This document shows, piece after piece, positions 22,545 through 31,543 of a DNA stretch of 64,000 bases. The stretch is taken from assembly GCA_016861245.1 (NCBI GenBank), contig BOKZ01000001.1, positions 551,006-615,005 of the forward strand. Direction: 5' to 3'. Position 1 is the stretch's first letter, and the number at the start of each line of letters is the position of its first letter. Origin of the DNA: Patescibacteria group bacterium (lineage in GTDB: Bacteria; Patescibacteriota; UBA1384; 2-12-FULL-50-11). A program made the position numbers and the translations under genes. Under the pieces are notes generated by a model. It ran no database searches. It had not been told where the DNA came from and saw only the letters and a list, made by a program, of their open reading frames with translations.

Positions 22545-22562
22545 GCCCCGACGGTGCGGGGC
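22545..22562. terminator. Hairpin terminator between convergent genes
   Basis: GCCCCG-ACGGTG-CGGGGC; U-rich run follows on the minus strand. Confidence 0.6.
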
Positions 22563-23024
22563 TTAGAGATCGGCGTAGATCTCGGGTGGGACAACGAGGT
22601 CGAGCTTGTTTCGTTCGATCGCTTCGGCGATAATTTGCTCTCGGGTCATTCTGTAAACAACCATTCTTGTTGCGATTCAGCGGCAGATCGTCATGGCCGG
22701 TGAGAGACCGAGACTCATCATTACAACGGCGCTAGCTGCAAGGAGTTTTACGATCTCACCGTGGTTAATCGAACGTAGCTCGATTAAAAGATCGTCTACT
22801 GTTCTATACAGAGCCATCGCCTCGTGCTCGATACAAAACCGGCAAGCAGTGCGCCCGTGTGGCTGAAAGATCATATGCGGTTGCGAATGAATGGGGCAAT
22901 AGATTCCTTGTTCGAGCGCGCATGATACACACGAGAACGGCGACTGCGAGAGATCAACTTGCTCGCAGATTTCGGGAATAGCAACGACGATATCTGGTTC
23001 TTTCTGACAATACCGACAAACCAT
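22563..23024 (-). pseudogene. Cys/His-rich Zn-binding hypothetical with internal in-frame TGA (22677-22679)
   Basis: CRYC, CVSC, CPIH..H, CRFC; after TGA the frame continues 37 codons (IATRMVVYRMTREQIIAEAIERNKLDLVVPPEIYADL) to a TAA abutting the terminator. Confidence 0.6.
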
Positions 23025-23086
23025 AATGTAACTCCAAGGTGCTGATGCGCATTTTATCGAAAAATAGTTGATTTACAATTTCGTCA

Positions 23087-23115
23087 TTGACCAGCACTTG
23101 GTACGAGGGTATGGT
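23087..23115 (+). promoter_or_regulatory. Putative sigma70 promoter
   Basis: TTGACC-N17-TATGGT; AGGAGGT SD before ATG 23143. Confidence 0.6.
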
Positions 23116-23142
23116 CTATAAAAGTGTAGAAGAGGAGGTAAT

Positions 23143-23700
23143 ATGACATCTATAGCAGAAGATATGAAGAACGCTGTCGTAGCAACAGTGAAGGGAACGG
23201 GGGAAATTGGAGAAGCGTTAGTCGAGGCTGTTAGTGGTGTTGCAACAGCAGTTCTAGGCGGCGTAAAGGACGTTAGTCAAGAGGCGATTGCCCTACCTGC
23301 TGAGCTAGTAAAGTCAGCACTAACTGCAGTATCCGATGCGGGCGTGGCTGGAGTTAAGGCAACAGAACACGTTGTAAACGGTGTTGTCTCTTCTGTCTCA
23401 AACAGCGTTGTAAGTACAGAAGAAGGTGTGGGAGCTGTTGCTCAAACTTCTATTAAAGTTGCCCATGATACCGGTGCAGACTTGGGTGAGAGCGCTGTTA
23501 GTATCGTTAGAGGAGCAATCGAAGGAGTAAAGCGAACTGGCGGCGATGTAGGCTCAGCTACCAAGGCTGCTGTCACTGGTGTGATAGACGGTGCAGGCGA
23601 AATCGGCGAGACCGCAGTGGAAACTGTTTCAGGTGCCGTTTCAAGTGGCGTAGATGGTACTAAAGATATTGTTGAAAGCGTATTGTCTTCAAAAAAGTAA
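23143..23700 (+). CDS. Ala/Val/Gly-rich helical-repeat hypothetical protein
   Basis: Strong SD; recurring AV.G.I.G...G.D units; almost no aromatic residues. Confidence 0.75.
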   Translation: MTSIAEDMKNAVVATVKGTGEIGEALVEAVSGVATAVLGGVKDVSQEAIALPAELVKSALTAVSDAGVAGVKATEHVVNGVVSSVSNSVVSTEEGVGAVAQTSIKVAHDTGADLGESAVSIVRGAIEGVKRTGGDVGSATKAAVTGVIDGAGEIGETAVETVSGAVSSGVDGTKDIVESVLSSKK

Positions 23701-23717
23701 TTCGTTCTTAAAATTAT

Positions 23718-24116
23718 ATGAACGGTTACGTAGAGAATATCGAACTTGAGACACAACAGAATACCAACTTTCGCAAAGTTGTTTATACCGGCAAGCATTC
23801 TCAGTTGGTGCTGATGAGTCTGTTACCTGGTGAGGAAATCGGAGAAGAAGTTCACGAGGACGGCGATCAATTTTTCCGGGTTGATGACGGCGTCGGCAAG
23901 GTTGTAATTGATGGTGTAGAAACAGAACTGACTGACGGGAGCGCTGTGGTTGTTCCGGCTGGTGCTACTCATAACGTTATCAACACTTCGGAAACCGAGC
24001 CATTGAAACTGTATACGATATATAGCCCTCCGCACCACCGCGAAGGAGTTGTCCACGTGACCAAAAACGACTCCGAAAACGATAACGAAGAGTTCGACGG
24101 CATAACTACGGAATAA
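23718..24116 (+). CDS. Cupin domain protein
   Basis: EEVH...DQFF..G, VPAGATHNV, LYTIYSPPHH. Confidence 0.9.
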   Translation: MNGYVENIELETQQNTNFRKVVYTGKHSQLVLMSLLPGEEIGEEVHEDGDQFFRVDDGVGKVVIDGVETELTDGSAVVVPAGATHNVINTSETEPLKLYTIYSPPHHREGVVHVTKNDSENDNEEFDGITTE

Positions 24117-24124
24117 AAATTGCA

Positions 24125-24646
24125 ATGAAGATCGAAACAATCGTCTTTGGAGGCGGCTGTTTCTGGTGCACTGAAGCAATTTTTAAACAGCTCCAAGGCG
24201 TACAATCGATTGAGTCAGGATACGCCGGTGGAACTACGTTAGATCCTTCGTACGAAAATATCGGCGATCACGCCGAGGTGATAAAAATAGAATACGATCC
24301 AAAAGAGATAAAGTTCGAAGATCTACTAACTGTATTTTTTGCAACACATGACCCGACAACTTTAAATCGGCAGGGCGCTGATGTGGGGACGCAGTACCGA
24401 TCGGTTGTCTTGTGTTCAAACGAAAAGCAAAGAGATATTGCGATAAAATTTATCGATAACTTAAATAATCAAACTGAGTTTGGCGACCCGATCGTAACAG
24501 AGGTTGAGATGTTAAAGAAATTTTTTCTAGCCGAAGTGTATCACCAAAATTATTACTCTAATAATCCAAATTCCGTGTATTGCCAAGTTGTGATCAACCC
24601 AAAACTTAAAAAAGTAAAAGAAAAATTTGCAAAATTGCTGTTATAA
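24125..24646 (+). CDS. msrA: Peptide-methionine (S)-S-oxide reductase
   Basis: GGGCFWC, HDPT, GTQYRS, AEVYHQNYY. Confidence 0.97.
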   Translation: MKIETIVFGGGCFWCTEAIFKQLQGVQSIESGYAGGTTLDPSYENIGDHAEVIKIEYDPKEIKFEDLLTVFFATHDPTTLNRQGADVGTQYRSVVLCSNEKQRDIAIKFIDNLNNQTEFGDPIVTEVEMLKKFFLAEVYHQNYYSNNPNSVYCQVVINPKLKKVKEKFAKLLL

Positions 24647-24667
24647 AAAAGCGGCCCTTACGGGCCG
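24645..24667 (-). terminator. Intrinsic terminator overlapping stop of minus-strand gene
   Basis: Plus strand AAAAAA-G-CGGCCC-TTAC-GGGCCG. Confidence 0.6.
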
Positions 24668-25104
24668 GGATCGAGAAACGAGATCAAGAAGATTTCGAAC
24701 GGATCGGAAGCGCTGCGAGCGTTCGGTCGAACATAGCTCGCGTACCCGAGTGCCAGAAGCGTCGCTCGGATGTTATGTGAGAGCTTCCAGTTCTCCAGCG
24801 GTTTGTTGAAAACAGTGTCGAGCGAGCGACCGACTGCTTCGTCGTCGATCTCATGGTCATCAACCTGCCTGAACAATAGTTTAACGTCGTCGCTGTCGCA
24901 CTTTTCGATGTACGGCGCCGCCGCATCACGGTAGAGTTCTGGGTCGTAATCCAGAAATCTGCCAAGCATCGGCACAAATCGAGGTCCGGTCAGGTGTCCG
25001 CAGCGTTCCATGGCGCGTTCGAACATAATGAGTCGGTCGACGTCCGAAAAGCACGGACCAAGTGTCGAGGTGAATAAATCGATGTCGTGTTGTGTAAGGT
25101 CCAT
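24658..25104 (-). CDS. Hypothetical protein (148 aa, MDLTQHDID...)
   Basis: GGAGG SD upstream of ATG 25104; terminators on both sides. Confidence 0.7.
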   Translation of the reverse strand: MDLTQHDIDLFTSTLGPCFSDVDRLIMFERAMERCGHLTGPRFVPMLGRFLDYDPELYRDAAAPYIEKCDSDDVKLLFRQVDDHEIDDEAVGRSLDTVFNKPLENWKLSHNIRATLLALGYASYVRPNARSASDPFEIFLISFLDPGP

Positions 25105-25167
25105 TGTTACCCTCCGCGTGCAAGAGAATATACTCGATTTTACCAAGAAAATCAACGATTTTACTAC

Positions 25168-25190
25168 AAAAAAACCCGCCGTGAGGCGGG
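25168..25190 (-). terminator. Terminator after fabH-like gene
   Basis: Minus strand CCCGCC-TCAC-GGCGGG-TTTTTTT. Confidence 0.8.
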
Positions 25191-25196
25191 GAGGTC

Positions 25197-26297
25197 TTAC
25201 GGCCAACGATAGGCGATGAAGTTGTAAACGACACCGCCACCGAATGTGGCGAAAATCAGCTGGTCGTTTCGCTGGAAGTAACCAAGCTCGGCGTAGTGTG
25301 CAAGCGTACTAAACACCGAGGCAGAAGATTGGTTGCCGCGCTCAGCGATCCGATTAAGCACCCGCTCGGGCGGTATGCCAATAACTTCGCCGAGTCGTCG
25401 AACCATTCTCCAATTGCCGTTGTGTGGCAGTAGGAACGTTCGTTCGTCGACAGAAATACGCGAGTCAATTAGGAATTGTTTGAGTTTTTGAGCGATCGGT
25501 CCGATCACCCACTGGTAGATCTCCGTACCCCTACCTTCCATAGAAGCATTCAATGCCGGAAAACGACGGTGGTCTGGGTGAACGCCGATCCCGCGACTGC
25601 GAGTGGTGCCAGATAGGCTGCCATCAGCTCTAGAGATGAAATCTTGTACACCGAAGTTTCTGTTATCAGAGAAGCTGGCATATACAACAACTGCGCTACC
25701 GCCATCGCCCCAAAGCAAAGCGTTCTCGTCCATATGGTCGTTGCAACGCGAACCGATGGTCTCGCCTACTGCAACCAAAGCGTACATATCGCAGCCAGTT
25801 TGGAGTGCTCGGACTGTTTCGATGAACGCTTGTGTGCCAGAACAGCAGGCTGCTGAAACATCGAACGCTTCAGCATCAGGGATGTTAAGCAAGTACTGCA
25901 ACTTGGCAGCGCAGCTCGGGTAGAGATCGTCTGGTGTAGAACCGCCACTAACGATGAGGTGGATTTTCTCTCTCGAGAAATTCGGGTTATTACGCTCGGC
26001 TACAGCGATCGCTCGTTCAGCTGCTTGTCGTGCTAGTTGTGTTGAATCGGCTTCAGGGATGTATTGTCTGGTGACGATCCCGAGTTTTTTGGTAACGGAT
26101 TCGGTAGTATGAGCCCGAACTTTTTCAAGCTCAAGCCTGTACCTCTCGCGCTCGTGCTCGGATTGTTGAGAACCGACAACTAACGGTTCGAGCTTGCGCT
26201 CGATTGCCCGCAAAACGGTCGGGTTGTCGACTGAAAAACGATCTTCGGTTGGAGTATCGCCCCAGCCGATGATCTGGATTGGGTGGGAAAGTCGCAT
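25197..26297 (-). CDS. fabH: 3-oxoacyl-ACP synthase III (FabH-like)
   Basis: AFDVSAACCSG (Cys), WGDGGSA, PHNGN (His), GNQSSAS (Asn), FGGG; AAGGAG SD. Confidence 0.88.
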   Translation of the reverse strand: MRLSHPIQIIGWGDTPTEDRFSVDNPTVLRAIERKLEPLVVGSQQSEHERERYRLELEKVRAHTTESVTKKLGIVTRQYIPEADSTQLARQAAERAIAVAERNNPNFSREKIHLIVSGGSTPDDLYPSCAAKLQYLLNIPDAEAFDVSAACCSGTQAFIETVRALQTGCDMYALVAVGETIGSRCNDHMDENALLWGDGGSAVVVYASFSDNRNFGVQDFISRADGSLSGTTRSRGIGVHPDHRRFPALNASMEGRGTEIYQWVIGPIAQKLKQFLIDSRISVDERTFLLPHNGNWRMVRRLGEVIGIPPERVLNRIAERGNQSSASVFSTLAHYAELGYFQRNDQLIFATFGGGVVYNFIAYRWP

Positions 26298-26403
26298 GAG
26301 GCTTCTCCTTATTGTTCAGGTTCGAACCTGTAGTGCAATTTTGGCACGATCTTCAAAAGATATCCAGGTATTGCAACAGATAAAAAAATTCAGTATTTTT
26401 CCA

Positions 26404-26500
26404 AAACGGTCGCCAGGACCGTCAAGTGGGCCAAGAGCGGCTGCTTGGCATAGTTGCCACTTGCTCCGGCGGGTTGCGGCGCCGCAATCGCCGCGCCCGC
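26404..26500. other. GC-rich multi-hairpin intergenic element (candidate ncRNA or cis-element)
   Basis: Stems ACGGTC/GACCGT; CAAGTGG/CCACTTG enclosing GCCAAG/CTTGGC; GCGGG/CCCGC enclosing palindrome TTGCGGCGCCGCAA. Confidence 0.45.
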
Positions 26501-26508
26501 TTATTTTC

Positions 26509-26537
26509 TTGACTTACTCTCGAAAAGGCCTCATAAT
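26509..26537 (+). promoter_or_regulatory. sigma70 promoter for rplC operon
   Basis: TTGACT-N17-CATAAT. Confidence 0.7.
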
Positions 26538-26589
26538 TGGTAAGCATATTCAACCTGTTACGAGTTGAGTGTTAAATATTTATTTCTAA

Positions 26590-27171
26590 ATGAAAATTCT
26601 TTTAGGACAGAAAATTGGTATGACACAGCTTTGGGATAACAAGGGCAAGCTTGTTGCGGCCACTGTTATTCAGGCACAGCCAAATAAAGTTCTACGACAC
26701 GGCGAAAGCCGCGTTTTTGTTGCGGCTAACGTTCGTGGCAAAGTTAATAAACCACAACAAAAATTAGCTAAAGAAGCCGGCATCACCGACGGCATGTGGT
26801 TAAAAAGCGTTACTGATATTGAAGGCGAAACGCTCGATGTAACACAGTTTGAAATTGGTGACGTCGTGACAGTTAGTGGTACCACTAAAGGTAAGGGTTT
26901 TAGCGGTACGATTAAACGTCATAACTTCCACCGTGGACCGATGACTCACGGTGGTGATAACCATCGCGGACCGGGTTCGATCGGTGCACAACGACCGCAG
27001 CGCGTACCGAAAGGTCAGAAAATGGCCGGTCATCTCGGTAACGTTCAGTTTACTTCTCGCGGAAACAAGGTTATCGCCGTCGAGCCAGCTGAGAACTTAT
27101 TAGTGATCGCTGGTGCAGTGCCAGGACCAAAAAAATCTAACGTTATCGTCCGATTACAGGAGAATAAATAA
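26590..27171 (+). CDS. rplC: 50S ribosomal protein L3
   Basis: GQKIGMTQ, KGKGFSGTIKRH, PGSIG, KMAGHLG. Confidence 0.98.
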   Translation: MKILLGQKIGMTQLWDNKGKLVAATVIQAQPNKVLRHGESRVFVAANVRGKVNKPQQKLAKEAGITDGMWLKSVTDIEGETLDVTQFEIGDVVTVSGTTKGKGFSGTIKRHNFHRGPMTHGGDNHRGPGSIGAQRPQRVPKGQKMAGHLGNVQFTSRGNKVIAVEPAENLLVIAGAVPGPKKSNVIVRLQENK

Positions 27172-27782
27172 TGGCCAAGGCAAAATTAAACGTATCGCTA
27201 ATTAAACAAGCCTTGCGCACCAAGCAAGCGAATACTCGGCAGGCAACGTCGCACGTTAAAACACGCGGCGAGGTTTCTGGTGGCGGTAAAAAGCCATGGA
27301 AGCAGAAAGGTACTGGTCGCGCCCGTGCTGGTTCAAGCCGAAGCCCGATTTGGGTTGGCGGCGGAATTGTGTTCGGCCCAAGCCGAGAGCGCAATTACAA
27401 ACTCAATTTACCGAAAAAAATGAATCGAGCAGCGATTACTCAGTTACTTCGGTACCAATTGGAAAACGGTGCACTAAAAATCGTTGACAAACTAGCACTC
27501 AAAGAGCCAAAAACCAAATTAGCGCTCAAATTACTAGAAGAGCATGGCGCCCAGAGCACGGTAACAATTATTACAAAAGAAGTGCAGCCAGAGTTACTAG
27601 CCGGCACTAACAATTTAAAAACTGTTTCAGTTATTTTAGCAGATAACGTATCGGTATTAGATATCGCCCACGCAAAGACCATCCTTGTCGACAAAGCCTC
27701 GGCCGAGCAGTTCGGATTAGTCGAGAAGGTAGCTGAATCGAAACCAAAACCAAAAAGCAAAATAACAGCTAAAAAGAAATAA
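27171..27782 (+). CDS. rplD: 50S ribosomal protein L4
   Basis: KPWKQKGTGRARAGS, GGGIVFGP. Confidence 0.98.
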   Translation: MAKAKLNVSLIKQALRTKQANTRQATSHVKTRGEVSGGGKKPWKQKGTGRARAGSSRSPIWVGGGIVFGPSRERNYKLNLPKKMNRAAITQLLRYQLENGALKIVDKLALKEPKTKLALKLLEEHGAQSTVTIITKEVQPELLAGTNNLKTVSVILADNVSVLDIAHAKTILVDKASAEQFGLVEKVAESKPKPKSKITAKKK

Positions 27783-28099
27783 TGAGCTCAATTATCGCCC
27801 CAGTTTTAACAGAAAAATCGGCAAGCAATTTTGATAACGGCTTGTACGTGTTTGCTGTAGCTAAATACGCGACAAAAAACTCGATCGCGGCAGAGCTAAA
27901 ACACCTCTACGATGTTGATGTAACGTCGGTTCGAATTGTTAATTTACCAGCTAAAACAGTTAATTTTAAACGAAAACCCGGGGTACGCAGCGTTCGACGC
28001 AAAGCTTATATCCAACTTGCTCCGAAGCAAAAAATCGCTGGCTTTGAAGTTCAAAAAGAAGCAAAAGAAAAGGAAGAGAAAGTAGAGGAGACTAAGTAA
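27782..28099 (+). CDS. rplW: 50S ribosomal protein L23
   Basis: PVLTEKS, RKAYIQL; position in operon. Confidence 0.95.
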   Translation: MSSIIAPVLTEKSASNFDNGLYVFAVAKYATKNSIAAELKHLYDVDVTSVRIVNLPAKTVNFKRKPGVRSVRRKAYIQLAPKQKIAGFEVQKEAKEKEEKVEETK

Positions 28100-28932
28100 T
28101 GCCACGCGCTATTAAACCGACCAGTCCGGCGATTCGCCACATGAGTTACGGCGATTTTAGTACCCTAACTAAAAAACGACCAGAAAAGTCGCTAACGTTT
28201 CGTTTGAAAAAGCACGGCGGACGCGACAATAAAGGCACAATTTCCGTCCGTCACCAGGGCGGTGGCTCAAAAAAGCTTTATCGAGCTGTAGATTTTAAGT
28301 TTTTACCGTTTGAAGGTAAGGCAGTTGTAACAGCAATCGAGTACGACCCAAACCGTTCAGCGTTTATCGCGTTAATCGAAGTCGGTGAGGCGAAGACAAA
28401 AAATTACATCATAGCTGCAGAAGGTTTGAAAGTTGGCGATACCGTTACCTCAGGACCGGCTAAGAAGTTTACAGTCGGATCTCGTATGAAACTAGCTGAT
28501 TTACCGGTCGGTACGGTTATTCATAATATCGAGCTTAACCCGGGACAAGGCGGTAAAATCGTGCGTTCAGCCGGTTCTAGCTCGGTGCTAGCTGCCAAGG
28601 AAGGCAAGTTTGCGTATATCAAGATGCCTTCTTCAGAAATGCGTAAAGTCCTGTTAGAATGTATGGCGTCAGTCGGTGCGGTTTCTAATCCAACTCATAA
28701 CCGCGTTCGCATTGCAAAAGCCGGTCGTATGCGCCATATGGGCGTTCGTCCATCTGTTCGTGGTAAGGCGATGTCGCCGAACTCTCACCCACACGGTGGA
28801 GGAGAAGGTTTGAGCCCGATTGGTATGAAACATCCGAAAACTCCATGGGGTAAACCGGCGCTCGGGTACCGAACCCGTCGTAACAAACGAACCCAGAAGT
28901 TTATTATTAGCCGCCGAAAGGCCAAGAGGTAA
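28099..28932 (+). CDS. rplB: 50S ribosomal protein L2
   Basis: IEYDPNRSA, HPHGGGEG. Confidence 0.99.
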   Translation: MPRAIKPTSPAIRHMSYGDFSTLTKKRPEKSLTFRLKKHGGRDNKGTISVRHQGGGSKKLYRAVDFKFLPFEGKAVVTAIEYDPNRSAFIALIEVGEAKTKNYIIAAEGLKVGDTVTSGPAKKFTVGSRMKLADLPVGTVIHNIELNPGQGGKIVRSAGSSSVLAAKEGKFAYIKMPSSEMRKVLLECMASVGAVSNPTHNRVRIAKAGRMRHMGVRPSVRGKAMSPNSHPHGGGEGLSPIGMKHPKTPWGKPALGYRTRRNKRTQKFIISRRKAKR

Positions 28933-28937
28933 AGTAG

Positions 28938-29237
28938 ATGAGTCGATCACTGAAAAAGGGTCCGTACTGCGATCCAAAATTACTCAAAAAAATTCAGAAT
29001 ATGCCAGCTGGCTCACGCACGGTAATTAAAACGTGGTCGCGTTCGTCGACGATCTTTCCAGAGATGGTTGGTTTTACGTTTGGTGTTCATAACGGCAAGA
29101 CTCATCAAGCAGTAACTGTTGTGGAAGAGATGGTCGGTCATAAACTCGGTGAGTTTGCGCCAACTCGGAAATTCCGTAGTCACGGCGGTAAAATGGCAAA
29201 AGAGCAAGGCGCCGCTCCAGCCGGAGGTAAGAAATAA
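28938..29237 (+). CDS. rpsS: 30S ribosomal protein S19
   Basis: [22 protein letters not shown]. Confidence 0.99.
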   Translation: MSRSLKKGPYCDPKLLKKIQNMPAGSRTVIKTWSRSSTIFPEMVGFTFGVHNGKTHQAVTVVEEMVGHKLGEFAPTRKFRSHGGKMAKEQGAAPAGGKK

Positions 29238-29239
29238 CC

Positions 29240-29644
29240 ATGGCTGTAACTATTAAATTACGCTACATCAGACATTCTGCTAAAAAATTGCGTCCGTACG
29301 CACGCCTTTTTGTTGGTAAGCCTCTTCAGGGTTCGATTAACAAAAGTATGCTGATGCCACAGGATTCCGCTCAATTTATTTATAAAGCACTACTAATGGC
29401 GCGCGCAGCAGCAGAGTCTAAAGAGTTTAAACCAGAAGAGATGATCGTCTCGATGATTATGGCCGACGAAGGTCCACGGATTAAGCGAATGCGACCGAAC
29501 GCTCGTGGTCGCTCGAACCGCTACCAAAAACACTTGGCTCACCTAACCCTTAGTGTTGATGTGCCAAAAATTGAACCGAAGAAAATCGAAGAAAAACCAA
29601 AGACTGCTAAAAAAGCCGTCGCCAAGAAAGGTGAGAAAAAGTAA
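29240..29644 (+). CDS. rplV: 50S ribosomal protein L22
   Basis: ADEGPRIKRMRPNARGR. Confidence 0.95.
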   Translation: MAVTIKLRYIRHSAKKLRPYARLFVGKPLQGSINKSMLMPQDSAQFIYKALLMARAAAESKEFKPEEMIVSMIMADEGPRIKRMRPNARGRSNRYQKHLAHLTLSVDVPKIEPKKIEEKPKTAKKAVAKKGEKK

Positions 29645-29646
29645 TC

Positions 29647-30309
29647 ATGGGTCAGAAAATTAATCCTATCAGCAATCGACTTCCGATCACCGCTAACTGG
29701 CAGAGTAAGTGGTTCGCTAAGGGTGACTTTAAAAAATACTTAGTCGCCGATTTTAAAATTCGTGATTACATTAAAGCTAAGCTCTCAAACGCAGGCTTAC
29801 GCCGAGTTGAAATTATTCGCTCACGAGATCGACTAACAATTCAATTGGCGACGAGTAAACCTGGTCTGGTGATCGGTCGCGGCGGCCAAGGTATTTCTAC
29901 TCTTAAAGACGAACTTCAGAAAAAGTTTTACCCTGAAAACTTACCAGTAATTCGGTTAGAGATTGTTGAAGATCGTCATCCCGAACTATCAGCGACGTTG
30001 ATCGGTCAGAATATTGGTAATCAGATCGAACGTCGAATTCCGTATCGAAGAGCCTGTAAGCAAGCGATCGAGCGAACGATGAGTAACAAGGTTGCTAAAG
30101 GCATTAAGATTATTGTTTCCGGTCGTTTGAACGGCGCCGAAATCGCGCGGGACGAAAAATTCCAAGACGGATCGATCCCACTTTCGCGTTACGAGTACGA
30201 TATCGACTACGACGTTTACCACGCTCGTACCACTTATGGGGTAATTGGCGTTAAAGTTTGGGTTAATCGCGGTAAATTTGTCGACCAAGAGCAGGAGGAG
30301 AAGAACTAA
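29647..30309 (+). CDS. rpsC: 30S ribosomal protein S3
   Basis: [28 protein letters not shown]. Confidence 0.99.
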   Translation: MGQKINPISNRLPITANWQSKWFAKGDFKKYLVADFKIRDYIKAKLSNAGLRRVEIIRSRDRLTIQLATSKPGLVIGRGGQGISTLKDELQKKFYPENLPVIRLEIVEDRHPELSATLIGQNIGNQIERRIPYRRACKQAIERTMSNKVAKGIKIIVSGRLNGAEIARDEKFQDGSIPLSRYEYDIDYDVYHARTTYGVIGVKVWVNRGKFVDQEQEEKN

Positions 30310-30722
30310 TGCTTTTACCAAAGAAGCTCAAGCACCGAAAAGTCTTTAAGGGAACCTACGCTGGCCCAGCCACGCGTGGCTTTACTGTAAGCTTCGGAAC
30401 TTACGGCTTAAAGGCTATGGATCGTGCCTGGTTATCTTCAAGACAGCTTGAAGCCGGTCGTCGAGCGATGACTCGCTATATTAAGCGTGGTGGTAAAATC
30501 TGGATTCGTGTTTTTCCTCACAAACCTGTTACATCAAAGCCAGCCGAAGTCGGCATGGGCGGCGGTAAAGGCGCGCTTGATCATTTTGTTGCTGTAGTTA
30601 AGCCCGGTACTATCCTATACGAAATGTCAGGTGTTGATGAAGCGACTGCAGCTGAGGCGATGCGTTTGGCGGCCAATAAACTACCAGTTAAAACTAAATT
30701 CATTAAGGCGGACTCCAAATGA
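30309..30722 (+). CDS. rplP: 50S ribosomal protein L16
   Basis: [17 protein letters not shown]. Confidence 0.99.
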   Translation: MLLPKKLKHRKVFKGTYAGPATRGFTVSFGTYGLKAMDRAWLSSRQLEAGRRAMTRYIKRGGKIWIRVFPHKPVTSKPAEVGMGGGKGALDHFVAVVKPGTILYEMSGVDEATAAEAMRLAANKLPVKTKFIKADSK

Positions 30723-30934
30723 AGCGAAGAGATTTATTATCAGATATCAGAGGCTTATCAACAGAGAAGCTATCTGGTAAAATAGCCGAGAGCCAGAAAA
30801 AGTTAGTGCTCTTACAGCAGGATAAATTATTAGGAAAGCTCAAAAACGTCCGAGAGCTCTCTGTATTAAAAACCGATATCGCTCGGATGAAGACCGTTCT
30901 CGACGAAAAGATTACCGAAGGATTAAGTAAATAA
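30719..30934 (+). CDS. rpmC: 50S ribosomal protein L29
   Basis: DIARMKTVL; position in operon. Confidence 0.93.
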   Translation: MKRRDLLSDIRGLSTEKLSGKIAESQKKLVLLQQDKLLGKLKNVRELSVLKTDIARMKTVLDEKITEGLSK

Positions 30935-30935
30935 A

Positions 30936-31175
30936 ATGAAAAAAACCCAGGTTGGCACCGTTGTTTCCGACAAAATGCAGAATACTGCTGTTGTTGAGGT
31001 TGCTCTCTGGAAGATTCATCGGATCATCAAAAAACGCTATAAGCGTCATCAACGATTTATGGCCCATAACCCGGAAAACACGTACAAGGTGGGGGATAAA
31101 GTAGAGATCGTTGAGACCAAACCGCTGAGCAAGAATAAGCGTTGGGAGATCACCCGAAAGGTTGAGGTTAAGTAA
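30936..31175 (+). CDS. rpsQ: 30S ribosomal protein S17
   Basis: [22 protein letters not shown]. Confidence 0.98.
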   Translation: MKKTQVGTVVSDKMQNTAVVEVALWKIHRIIKKRYKRHQRFMAHNPENTYKVGDKVEIVETKPLSKNKRWEITRKVEVK

Positions 31176-31543
31176 TGTTACAGCTTATGAGTCGCGTAAA
31201 AGTTGCGGACAATTCCGGTGCTAAGTGGGTCGGAGTAATTAAAGTTGTCGGTCAGGGTATCCACGACGGCGCCGAGCTCGGTGATATCGTTGTTGCCTCT
31301 GTTAAATCGGCGATGCCGCGCGGTAACGTTAAAGCTAAAGAAGTTGTTCGAGCGGTGATCGTTCGACAGAGTAAACCGTATCGCCGCAAAGACGGTTCGA
31401 CGATTCGCTTTGACGACAACGCCGTCGTAATTATTAACCCCGACGGAACGCCGCGAGGAACCCGAATTTTTGGTCCGATTGCCAGAGAGATTCGTGATCG
31501 TGGATACGCGAAGATCGTTTCGCTAGCGCCGGAGGTACTCTAA
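31175..31543 (+). CDS. rplN: 50S ribosomal protein L14
   Basis: [26 protein letters not shown]. Confidence 0.99.
   Translation: MLQLMSRVKVADNSGAKWVGVIKVVGQGIHDGAELGDIVVASVKSAMPRGNVKAKEVVRAVIVRQSKPYRRKDGSTIRFDDNAVVIINPDGTPRGTRIFGPIAREIRDRGYAKIVSLAPEVL

Larger units (their letters stand above)
10667..26400. other. Accessory/variable block between rpsJ and rplC
   Basis: Defence and orphan genes interrupt the normally contiguous S10 operon; 10.7-18 kb differs in composition; no integrase or transposase seen. Confidence 0.7.

Noticed and set aside
22677-22679. Selenocysteine codon
   Set aside because: Not in a redox motif, no evident SECIS-like hairpin, and no sel genes in the window.
25105-25206. 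N-terminal extension of ORF 24658..25206
   Set aside because: Runs through the fabH terminator; the SD supports ATG 25104.
26412-26445. SRP RNA helix-8-like CCAGG...AGCGG
   Set aside because: Lacks the GNRA-capped symmetric loop geometry of 4.5S RNA.
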